Source of the DNA: Botryllus schlosseri
Lineage: Eukaryota
Direction of reading: 5' to 3'
NCBI GenBank assembly: GCA_051294905.1
Contig: CM119374.1
Span: forward strand, 18,290,001 to 18,354,000
Length of the DNA stretch: 64,000 bases
Part shown: positions 22,556 through 34,200 of the stretch, in pieces
Layout of the letters: every line of letters starts with the position of its first letter
Numbering within the stretch: the first letter of the stretch is position 1
Notes under the pieces: model-generated
Seen by the model: only the letters and a program-made list of their open reading frames with translations
Told to the model about the DNA's origin: nothing
The model's database searches: none
Program-made: the position numbers and the translations under genes

Positions 22556-25234
22556 CAGAGGTGGTCAAAGTAGTCAAGAAAGCTACTCAAGTAGAAGTAG
22601 AAGTAGCGACTAAAAAATCTACTCAAGTACGAGTAGAAGTACTTCTTCCATAAGCAACCTAAATCTACTTGAAGTAGAAGTAGAATTGACTGACTTTAAA
22701 AGTACTCAAGTAAGTAAGTAGTTGTGAAAACGATCATAATTCGTTCACATGGATTGTAAAAAGGTGTAAATTGAGCTATACGATAGTTGACGAGCTTGAT
22801 TCATATTGATGCATACCAGCAGGTATCTAATTTTCGATAGCATTAGCAATTAGCATTCGTCCACATCATGTGATGAAAATGACAATATTGATACGGAAAT
22901 ACGACGCTAATCTCTGTTTGCTCGAACAGCACGTTTTAGAAAATAGCATGGTATGGCGCCATCCCCCATACTATAAGCCTTATAGTATAAGGCCCGTAGT
23001 TTAGTCGAAGAGCAATATGGAGAAGTTGTATAGGATACGGTGTAATCACTTTGCGCGATTAGTGAACGTTAATACAAAATATGGTGGACCGTAAAAATTC
23101 CATATTGTGTAGCATTATTTTCAGAAATTAAAGGCATTACTACACTTGCTTTTATGCTTCAACATATATGTTGTCCAGCCAAAAGAACTGATACTAATTG
23201 TAACTCAAAGTATATGATACTGGGAATTGAAAGGGAAATATAAATACTACTTCTAAAAGCAGAACATGTATTTCTGTTTTTTAGTCCAGAAAGTTTCAAA
23301 GGTGGTATGCTAAAACAGCTCTGAAACTAAAAAAAAGTCAGAGTCCACCTTTCCAGATTAGGACACGCCATGGACATGCTAGATCAGTGGTTCTCAACCG
23401 CCGGTCCGCGGACCGGTGCCGGTCCGCGACGACATTCCTGCCGGTCCGCGAGGAGTATTACAATTTTATACTTTAATTTCAAGATGCAATGTTGAAGGCT
23501 GTCCTTTGATAAAATAAATAAAACATCTAATTTTAAACTGATTCAAAACTTCGTGAGGTAACATTAGGGCTAGAAACGTGTTCGATTTGAATTAAAGTAC
23601 AAGACGTTTCATTTGACGACATGCGAGCGACAAATACAGAACAGATACGGGCTCACTCATCGCTAAGCAGCGCATGCAGTTTGATCATTGGTTTTCGATT
23701 CATTTATTTTGTGCAGGACCGTAACTGGGGCACCCCAAACCACCCAATTGGAGAGGGGCCGAGCTTGAAAAGGGCCCAAAATTATTTCGCAAATGAATAT
23801 AAATCATAGCGTTTTATTTGAAACTTTTTCCAACATTTTTCAATTTCTTTTCGGGCTTTGCACGATTTAGTGTCCTTAAATGTCTTGCTTATTAGGTGCC
23901 CTTCTCCGAGAAATACGTATGATTTATAGGCATTTCGGCGTCAGCCATTGCCGCACCACGACGTATCCACACATAACGAAGTTTAGGTTAACATATGGGA
24001 CTCCGAAATTTGGGCCTAAAATTCGACCGCGAGAAAAGCGCTTCAGTCGTGAATGATCGAAAATTGTCGCCATTGTCGCGATAAGCTACGTAAACTATCT
24101 GCTTACGCTGAGTAGAATGGATGTGATCACAAGTATAGGTGAAAACATCCACCCAAGTGTAGGGTCTTCGGGCGCAGCCCCCGGAAGTTTGGCTTATCGC
24201 CCTGTGGGGGCCCCAAGATCAACGTTTTTGGGGGTGGGCTGACGAAGTGCTTTTTCGGCCCGGATTTGCGGATGGCCGGTATAGCTGCTGTAATGTGTTT
24301 TCTTGCGGCACGCACTGTATTCGCAGTCGCCGGAGTAGCCTGCATCTGGTGACAGTGGGCAATGAGCAAGGTAGCACGACAAGGTGCTTGGTTCGACTCC
24401 GATACGCTTCTTCTCTTGATATTGTCGGCCGGTATTTAAACCCACGGCCTTTGGCGCGAAAGACTGTAAACGACTCTGAGCGGTAGCACGTTTATCTGGA
24501 CAAGGCAATTTTACCTTAACTTGGCTGACTCACTACCATAAAATCACATGGATGCTATCATGAATATTATTGCATACGATCAAAACCCTCCAAATGTCAC
24601 TTTCTAGCATCATATAATTGCCAAAAACGGTTGCATACTTTACATTTTGGCTTCAATTCAATTTTGACAGTTCACCGGTCCGCCAGACATTTTTTGAAAC
24701 TTTACCGGTCCGCGAGGCGAAAAAGGTTGAGAACCACTGTGCTAGATGACGATATGACAAGTAAATGCTAGATTGCGAAACATCAGTTTCAAACGTTATG
24801 ATGAGCCATATATGCTGTGATGAATTATTTCATATGAGTGAAGGGCGACAATGTGGTGTGAACGGAGCCACACCAACCCTCTACCTAAATTATATTCACC
24901 GATACTTTCATGAAATCATACCGGCCACTCTGTATCCACTGCGCGCGAAGCGCGACGAAAATTTTGGGTTTTACCAAACATTTATGAAAATTAAATGTTG
25001 ATACTCCGTAAAAACAGCCCCGAAATTCCTCAGGCTATCTTCATGATTGGAAGATTGAACTACTTCTACTTGACAAACTGAAAATAGCGAAAAGTAAGTA
25101 AGTAGATCATAAACTATTACGAAGTAGAAGTAGAAGTAGCGGAAATCAGATCTACTTGAGTAAGTAGCAGAAGTAGAGGCAAACTGTTTGAGTACTTCGA
25201 AAAAGTAGAAGTACTTCGTTACTGACCACCTCTG
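22556..25234. mobile_element. hAT-type non-autonomous element with AGTAGA-rich subterminal repeats (third shell)
   Basis: Ends CAGAGGTGGTCAAAG and GTTACTGACCACCTCTG; TSD CTTATTTT at 22548-22555 and 25235-25242. Confidence 0.82.
23385..24739. mobile_element. Buster/Charlie-like hAT MITE (fourth shell)
   Basis: TIR CAGTGGTTCTCAACC at both ends; TSD TGCTAGAT at 23377-23384 and 24740-24747. Confidence 0.85.
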
Positions 25235-26739
25235 CTTATTTTTGGCCTTATTAACGTTGAGACGGTGAGGCTGAGATGCGGCATATTATTTGTAATTATT
25301 TGTATTGACAAGATTGCTTGAAAATCAATAGATGATATGTCGAAATTTGCTGCTGTCTACTTAGGGAGGGGGCGGCATTTAAGCGAGAGCCAGGGGCGGC
25401 AGCACATGCTGCTACGCCAGTGTAAGAGAGCACAGCACTGTACTTACGTAGAGTTATCATACGTGGTTGGTAAGCTGCGTTGGCTATACGTTAATCTCGA
25501 TATTGAAGTCATGCGGCCCGCGGCCTATAGGAATTTGGAAAAGTGGCCCGCGACCCATTTTGAGTTGGCGACCCCTGGTCTAACGCATGAATAAAATACA
25601 CATGAAAAAAATAAAAATGTTCATAATTACGAGAATAATCAAATATGACCAATGACCATTGACGTAGTGAATCTACTTTTTCATGTAACCAAGTAGCTTT
25701 CCTACTAGCCCCACTTGTTTTGTTATTACACTACTTCCACTTTTAGTTTCTGACTGCTAATAAGCAGTGCTTTATTACATTTATTCTGGCAAGTCAAGAA
25801 TACTCTGCACACATAACGTAACGTCATAGCAACTCCATGACAGCATAATAGCCTGTTTACCGGACAGCGGATAATGATCAGATATGAAAGGAATTCGCAG
25901 CACCATGTCGGTGTGCACTGTGCAGTGGTCCAACACATGTCCTTAGTTATCTCTGTCCTACGTTGTAAAGTGCTATGCTAATACTGATATTTATAGCCTT
26001 TGTACAGGCTATGCCGATACCCTCGATGATATCTGAGATACCTGCGATATCTCAGCAGGTGCATGCGGGGCCGTTGCTTTGGCGACTTTCGAGTTTCGAT
26101 CCGATGTGTTATTGTGTTTACATCTTGTCAGCTGTTGTAAGACAGTGTAATCCAGTGTAGGCCAGCAAGACGAATGAATTCAGTTTGTTTCTACCGCAAT
26201 CAGACGAAAAGTGGTACCGTAGTATACCACCATGCCGCGATAGGAGATCATCCTTATAATATAACGTCAAACATATTGTTTACCTATTTATCGGCCGAGT
26301 TGTCAGCATAGAAAAGAGGGTATTATACCAGATGGGAGTTCGACATTGCTCAAGTATTTCCTACCATTGCTACCAAGCGACGAGCGACTGACCGTTTTCT
26401 GCAGACGTGCTCTCCCTGAATGGCCCAATAATAACACGAACTCCTTCCTTATTATAATTCATGAAGAAATCTCAAAAGTAGGCTATATCTACAGCCTACC
26501 AGTACCAGTTGTTGGGGTAACCCTAAAAGGAGGGAACGCGGAAACTGCGGAAAACGCGGAACTCGCGGAAACGGCCCCTAAAACGCGGAAACTGCGGAAA
26601 AAGCGGGAAACCTCGATTCCTAAAGCGCTGAAATAGAGGGAAACGCGGAACGCGGAACAGTCGGTCATTGACCTTTATATATCACACAGTAGGCACTAAA
26701 ACGAGGAAACAGCTGAACGCGGGACAGTCGGTCATCGAG

Positions 26740-27590
26740 GTGGGATATTAGGGTTGGGCTTGGGGAGGTGGGATATTAGGGCTGGGGGAGGTGGGATATT
26801 AGGGTTAGGGGAGGTGGAATATTAGGGTTAGGTTAGGGTTAGGGGAGGTGGGATATTAGGGTTAGGGGAGGTGGGATATTAGGGTTAGGGGTTAGGTTAG
26901 GGTTATGATTAGGGTTAGGGGAGGTGGGATATTAGGGTTAGGGGACGTGAATATTAGGGTTGAGGGAGAGGGTGATGTTAGGGGAGGCGGGATATAGGGT
27001 TGGAGAGAGGGGGATGTTAGGGTTGGGGAGAGGGGTGATATTAGGGTTGGAGAAGAGGGTTAGGGACATGATATCCCACCTCCCCTAACCCTAATCATAA
27101 CCCTAACCTAACCCTAAGCGAGATAGTGTAATGGTTATGCGTCCGGCTTCTCGAGCGGTAGGTCGTGGGTTCGATCCCCGGCCGAGTCATACCAAAGACT
27201 TGAAAATTGGTATCCGCAGCTATCCTGCTAGGCGCTCAGCGATCACGGATAGCATGGAGGAGAAAAAAAAACGGGGGCGCAGACTAGATGACCTCATGGG
27301 GCCGTATCGCAACTCCGTCGTCAAAGCATCTCGATGGTGCAGGCGAAAAAGAATATCATATCTCTCTCTCTCTAAGCTAACCCTAATATCCCACCTCCCC
27401 TAACCCTAATATCCCACCTCCCCTAATCCTAATATCCCACCTCATAACCCTAACCTAACCCTAATCATAACCTAACCCTAACCCTTCTAATCCTAACATC
27501 CCCCTCTCCCCCAACCCTAATATCTCCCCTCTCCTCAACCCTAATATCCCCCTCACGTAACCCTAATATACCCCCTCCGCCAACCCTAAT
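26740..27590. repeat. Degenerate TTAGGG-containing minisatellite in inverted arrangement
   Basis: G-rich units such as TTAGGGTTAGGGGAGGTGGGATA at about 26740-27066. C-rich reverse-complement units at about 27070-27117 and 27376-27590. Confidence 0.9.
27118..27372 (+). mobile_element. tRNA-derived SINE inserted in the telomere-like array
   Basis: A-box-like TAGTGTAATGG, B box GGTTCGATCC (27168-27177), central CCAAAGAC...AAAATTGGTATC...GGCGCTCAGC block shared with other copies, (TC)n tail. Confidence 0.8.
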
Positions 27591-28208
27591 CCGTCTCTCC
27601 CAAGGAAAAAACAATTTATTTTTACGTTTATAAATTTTTGTATTGTAAAACGAAGAAGCGCCATCAACAGTTCTCTGCCATTTATGAGTTCTACTTCGCC
27701 TCACTCTGTCCCGCAGTTTCGTCGTTTTAGACTTTAGAGTTCCTCTATGAGATCTACAAATGTCAATGACCGACTGTCCCGCGTTCCGCCTTTTCCTTTG
27801 TTTCCTCGTTTTAGTGGCTACTTTGTGATCTATAGAGGTCAATGACCGACTGTTCCGCGTTCCGCGTTTTCCTCTTGTTTCAGCGCTTTAGGAATCGAGG
27901 TTTCCCGCATTTTCCGCAGTTTCCGCGTTTTAGGGGTCGTTTCCGCGAGTTCCGCGTTTTCCGCAGTTTTCGCGGTCCCTCCTTTTAGGGTTACCCCAGT
28001 TGTTGCAATGCACACTGGGGGTACGTGGCTCCTAACAATGATAGAAAGTGTTTACTGACTTTCATTAGTAAATCACATTCTTAGTTTCTTAATTATCTAC
28101 TGACCTTGGAAAAAAAATCATACTGAAAATACTCTTTTATTACGGAACGGTATAGCACAATGGCATCTCAACTAGCTCAATAAGGCACTTACTCTTACCT
28201 TAGTGATC

Positions 28209-31200
28209 ATGACATCACGCAAGGTCTACCCAAAACGGATTACCACCTTGTCTGGGGTCTCTGATTTCCGCCTGAAACACAAAGCCAAGAAGAATGTCAG
28301 TGTAAGTAAGACTCTGTTGCTGTATTGTTCAATATGTCTTATGACTGTCATTTTAAGGGGATTGATGCATTCATCACAAACAACATCAAGCAAGGAAATG
28401 GCGATCCGACCGACGCATATGGGCAAATTGAATTTGGTAGCGGCACTGCTAATACTGCCAAGGTGAGACATAAATCATACTGAATTTTTTTTGATTGGTT
28501 ATAATCGCCAATCAAAAAAAATTATCAACAGCAACGGCGTAACAAAATGAAAATTAGTGAATCCCAATAAATTCTGTGCTCTCTCTAACATATGTTTTGA
28601 GATAGTGAACAACAATGGCAATAACAACAATAGGAGGGGACTAAATGAAATTTTTACCAACTGAATACGCCAAGGGCTATATTTGTCTATCGCCAGCAAT
28701 ATACGTTTTATTCTATGTCAACTGGAACATATTCTATGTTCAGTAGAAATTAAATTGGGACGTATGAAAAATCTTAGTTCAATTATTTCAGTAGCAATTT
28801 AAAGTTACTTCGCTCCCCAGTTCTTACATAATCGTTTGAGTAGCATGTTTCTATCTTGTTTCAATGTGTAAAATTGGCTTCTCTTGAGGAAATGTGTCTT
28901 TCAAGTAGAAACAATGATTGGCCTAGAAAGTTTTTTAACTTCATGAGTGTCTCAAATATCTGGCATCGAATGATTTTGACCCACAGGCCAATTGAGGTTT
29001 TTCACTTGTTTCATTGTAACCGTGTACTTGTACACAGTAAATGTTGTTGTGATAGTAGGTCTACCCACCATTATGAATTACAGATAGGCTATTTTTGTGT
29101 TGCATTTGCGTAATGTCAAGATGCATTGTCTGCCCTCGTTTTGCTTTCTTGTATCTGGCCTTCTGAACAAAGAAGTAAAATTCCTTTTTCTAGCTAGATG
29201 TTGTAGTCATGAGGCCCACACGGTCTACTACGCCATTCTTGGTCGGCACTAGTGATAATATACGACACATTTCGGTTTTCAGTACGTCAAAGTGTCTAAC
29301 ACTACCAGAGTGGAGATCATCCATCAACTCATCACAAAGCATTGGAACTTGAAAACTCCAAACTTGATCATATCTGTAACCGGTGGAGCAAAGAACTTCA
29401 CGCTACGAACTCGGCTCAAAGAAGTTTTCAGGAGAAGTTTGATCAAAGCTTCGGAAACCACAGGCGCTTGGATCACGACGGGAGGAACAAGAACAGGGGT
29501 GATGAAGCACGTCGGCAAGGCTGTGGAACAATACGCCGCTGTAAAAGATGATGAAAAGAGGGTACGACTCTAATGTTCTATAGACAGCGAATGGACTTAT
29601 GATTATGGATCTTATTATTCTGAGTATGGTGTATGCCGAGCCAGTCAAACTATGATATTCTGTTTCGGGAAGAATTAGTCCAAGTTGCCTACATTAAAAA
29701 ACGCCCAGTTGTAGGTGTATATCAAGTTCTTTTTCCAACACCCTTGTATGAACGTCATTTGGCAAGGTGTATGCCTTCGCTACGAAAGGGTTAACTTTCT
29801 CACCCTTGAGTTCCAGCGTAAACTTGTAGGGTAACCCCAAATACATATAATCAGAAAAATCGAGAACATACATTTGTTGCTATTTTCAATTTAATATCAT
29901 TCTTCACTGCAATCATTTCAATGTGGTATCTTACAGGGACATAGCCTACAGGGCTAAAGGCGTCCCTTCACCAATTTTCAACCTGTTCATTGTGACATCA
30001 TCTGTTGAACTGCAGACGTCGTAATCATTCTGCGTCGTCATATAATTTTTTTAAGAAGTTTTGCCCAAATTTTCGTCAACTTAACCTATCAGGTCTCAAT
30101 TATACAAAATTTTGTCACCATTTTCTTTGAAACTTTTGGTTAATATTTAAAAATGTATTCTTTAACCAATTATTTAGGTAGTAACAATTGGGGTGGCGCC
30201 ATGGGGCGTTATACACAAAAGAAATGTGCTGTTAAATCACCAGCGAGCGGACCAAATGGTAAGGATCTTGGTAGATCTTGTTTTGTTGCGCACTTGATTG
30301 AAAAAAAACTCATCGATCACAGATACCTAAGGTTTATGACGCTGAAGAAGGTTTTGAAGGCAGCGGTACCTTGCTTGACCATAACCATTCCCATTTTATC
30401 TTGGTGGACAATGGGATGGAGGATGATCGAGACGGAGCTTCGGCGATCTACGGATCAGAAATTGAATTGAGAACAAATCTAGAAGGCTATCTGGGTCAGT
30501 AGTAAAAACTGTGCGAAATTAGAAATAGTCTATGATAAATACAACTATTTCGCCACTGTAAGTAACTAACTTGAATGCATCCTGCTTACGCTCTCAGTTC
30601 CATTTGAAGTAATTCACTTTGTTACTGTCCAGTGTCCACCTCTGGTCATATTAAGTATGTTATATTGTTTGAATCTTTTCACTTCCGCTGACATGGCTTC
30701 TCTGAAATACTGTTTAAAAATGCCCATGGCTGGTATTGATTGTAATCGCATATCAAAATAATATAGCCCAGTTGACAAGATGTGATATTAGCAACCATAA
30801 TTGTATATTTTATCTTTATTGTATGCAATTCCAGGAAAATACCTTTGGAAATTTCCATTTATGTGTGTGTGAATTTACACTACGTTGTGAGAAGAGATGT
30901 GTATCGCTTGTAAGGGCGGCGAATTCCATTTTGGTTCAATTTTCAAATGACTCCTTCCCTTGTTGCAAGAAATGTTAATGTATTAAGTTCTTTATTTCGA
31001 GATGCGCTTATGTACTGCAGCCATAGCTAACAATGTCGCTAGCGGTCAAATCAGTTGGGATTTACTGTATATGGCAGATCATTGCGTTTCTCCTATGAAG
31101 TGTGATATTCATAATATGGGTCATGATGGTAATTTGTGAAATGCCTTCGATGTTATGATTACTGAAATGTGATAATATTTTGAAGGTGGTCTACAAACAT

Positions 31201-34200
31201 CACGCCGAGTCAACGTTTTGATTGTCTGCGTCATAGTCCAAGGAGGTCCAGGCTCGCTGAAAGTATGTCTAATATTTATTTGCTATATTCCACTTGTGAC
31301 AAAGATATACTTTTGAATATTTGTCCTGAGTGTGAAGTTTTTGATCAAATTATCAAATAAATCTAAACTCATAGGAAGGCAATTAGATATTCAAGACTGG
31401 AATTAAGTAACCTAATAATTTGACTCCGCCGTGCCAACTCAAATTACCCAGCAAAGTATCTCAAAACATCAACTTACTCCTTCATTTCAGACTGTCGTCG
31501 GGTCAATTCAACACGAAACTCCCGTAGTTATCGTGGAAGGGTCCGGAGGTTGGGCAGATGTTCTTGCCAACGCTTCCAGTATGAATCAGAAACAGATGAA
31601 TCGCGATACTCTCGCCGAAATGATAAACGGTATTATCAACCTTGCGAAATTATGTAGCATACACCTTGGAATACATGAAGTGTAGGAGCAATGTCATTCA
31701 AAAGAGTTCGAGATGGCAAAAAGCAGAAGATCGACATACTCGTGGAACTCTACAGTAAACTGAAATAACCAAACTGTTGTTTGAGATACTGTGTAGCATA
31801 TTGAGACTCTCTTATATAAACCTGAAAGTGCGAGTCTAATGTAAGCCAACATGCTTTGCTAAACAAAATTTCTTATGATTTCACATAATCTAATATATGT
31901 TCGAAAGACATAAACTACATGGTTTCTCAAGTCCTATGTGGCTACATGATTACCCTGATGTTGGTCATCCTGAAATTGAGTGTCCTATCCCGTAGTTCTA
32001 TATATCCCTGATAAGTGAAGCTTTGATATATGTTCCCATTTATTCAGAATGTGGTATGGATGTCAATGAAGAGAAACTGGATGATTGGACGGAGATGGTG
32101 AAAGAATGCATATCCCGCAAAGACCTTCTGACCGTTTTCTCTCTTGACCCGACCGATCTGTCTCGAGATTTGGATATTGCTATCTTGGAAGCCCTGCTGA
32201 AAGGTATGACGGTAATATTTTTGGAACTTATGACTGGTTTTGATTTGAAACTACCCGATAGTTTTTAGCTTTCTGGGGTCATTACTTAAGTCACATACTT
32301 ATATCATAGTTTCCTATATGGTGTCGACACAGGCAAATCTCACGCCTCAGTGAAATTGATTCACGTCACAATTTCCATTTGGCTACAGGCAATTTGACGG
32401 TCATTTTTGACCGGCTTGCCGAGCATTCAATTTGGTAAAACGGGTATCAATCGAAAGCTGACTCTGCACTGATTACGAAAATATAAATTTTATTCCGCTC
32501 GTGGCCCTGGAACTTCCACAATCAGCCTCGAATTTTTCATTGTTATGGAGATTGGCATTGGGACGTATCAATGCTGTCTGGCTCTTTTTTTCTTTAGCTA
32601 CTCTCTCGTTTGGCCAGACAGCATTGTTGCTTCCTGAGCTACACTCTCGTTTCGCCAGACAGCATTGTTGCGTCCCAATGCCAATCTCCATGACAATGAA
32701 AAATTCGAGGCTGATTGTGGGAGTTCCAGGGCCACGAGCAGAATAAAATTTATATTTTCGTAATCAGTGCAGAGTCAGCTTTCGATTGATACCCGTTTTA
32801 CCAAATTGAATGCTTGGCAAGCCGGTCAAAAAGGACCGTCAAATTGCCTGTAGCCAAATGGAAATTGTGACGTGAATCGATTTCACTGAGGCGTGAGATT
32901 TGCCTGTGTCGACACCATACAGGACACTATGCTTATATGCAATCCACCTCAGTCTTAGTTGCCGTCTTTTTACAGCTACTTCAGACGATGCTGACGTTGC
33001 TCAGTCTCAACAGCAGTTGAAATTGGCGATAGCCTGGGACAGAAGTGATATCGCACAATCCCTCATCCTAACTGATGATGCCTGCATTCCGAAAAAAACA
33101 ATTGCTAAACTCTTCTACGAAGTCTTGGAAGGCGTAAGTGGATGTGATTTCATGTTTTGACCATTGCCAGCCCAAACGTAATGGATGAGGAGATTGTGTT
33201 ATCCACCCGTTACCATCATGCTCCATTTGATACCCTGCTTCATGCATATGGATTACCTAATTCATGCTAGCTAGGACTATAACAAAATAGACCTTGTCTT
33301 CGCTACCAAGTTCAAATCAGGATATAACTAAATGACAGGATGTACATTTTCCATTTATTCATCCAAAATTACCCGTACTCAGAATATTCATCGACTGAAA
33401 TCAAGTGACATAATGGAAAAAAATGTAATTAGCTTCCTATTTAATGATTGTATTGAAGTGATACTGAACTGTGAACAGCAGATGAACGCATATGAGCAAA
33501 AGAAACCAGTGTTAATTCACTTGTGTTCTGTGAAGCCATTACGACATTACAATCTTATCATTTTCATAGATTATTGTGATTAGTTTGTGAGATTTCCTTA
33601 TATACTACATTCACATGACCATATCATTCAAAGATTAAATAGATTGGATTCAGAAACCTTCACATTTGCGGATCTCATTTTAAAGTCACAATTCTTCTAA
33701 GCTAGTGGATCTCAAACTTTTTTAGACGCGCCCCCTTTATGGTACTGAAAAATTTTGTGCTCCCCTTATCGTCGTATCACAAAATGCAACCAGAATGCTA
33801 GCATTCCTAACGGATAGTTTGATACCATGGGAGGTTATGACTGTTGATGAGAGAATTCTCAAATATGAAATTTGGACTATACACAGAGCAATAACTATGA
33901 ATTGGAGGAATATTGTGCCGAGTGCGAAGAAAATTTTCGAATGCATTAGCAAACTTGAGTTTATGTATATGTAGATACTTTTGTAGCCTTCGTGTAGGCC
34001 TACAAAAAGTCTGTACATAAAATATGTCATGTGACGTCATGTCTCATCGGTACATAAATCTGAGACATTCGCCGAATTAATATCTTTTTTTTCCTCCTGC
34101 ATTACAGAACAAACACGAATTCTGCAAGGTATTTCTGAATTTCGGCGTGGACTTGAAGCAATATTTCACTGTGAAAGACTTGCATTCCTTGTACAAAAGC

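Larger units (their letters stand above)
21557..25422 (+). mobile_element. hAT element with transposase remnant (second shell)
   Basis: Ends CAGTGGCGTAGCAG and CTGCTACGCCAGTG; TSD TAAGAGAG at 21549-21556 and 25423-25430. Confidence 0.8.
20141..25577. mobile_element. Buster/Charlie-like hAT MITE, outer shell of a nested cluster
   Basis: TIRs CAGGGGTCACCAAC and GTTGGCGACCCCTG; TSD GTCTAACG at 20133-20140 and 25578-25585. Confidence 0.82.
26515..27996. mobile_element. Mutator-like (MULE/foldback) non-autonomous element with long TIRs and internal telomere-like repeats
   Basis: About 220-bp TIRs starting GGGTAACCCTAAAAGGAGGG, with repeated AACGCGGAA motifs. 9-bp TSD CAGTTGTTG at 26506-26514 and 27997-28005. 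No ORF. Confidence 0.8.

Noticed and set aside
26461-26477. Upstream coding exon MKKSQ for TRPM2
   Set aside because: It ends in phase 2, while the acceptor at 28203 needs phase 1. Joining them gives a stop, so it is at most non-coding.
27118-27195. tRNA gene
   Set aside because: A and B boxes are present, but there is no complete cloverleaf, and the sequence continues into a SINE core shared by diverged copies.
26740-27590. True telomere or chromosome fusion point
   Set aside because: The repeats are degenerate and enclosed by TIRs and a 9-bp TSD, so they are internal to a transposon.
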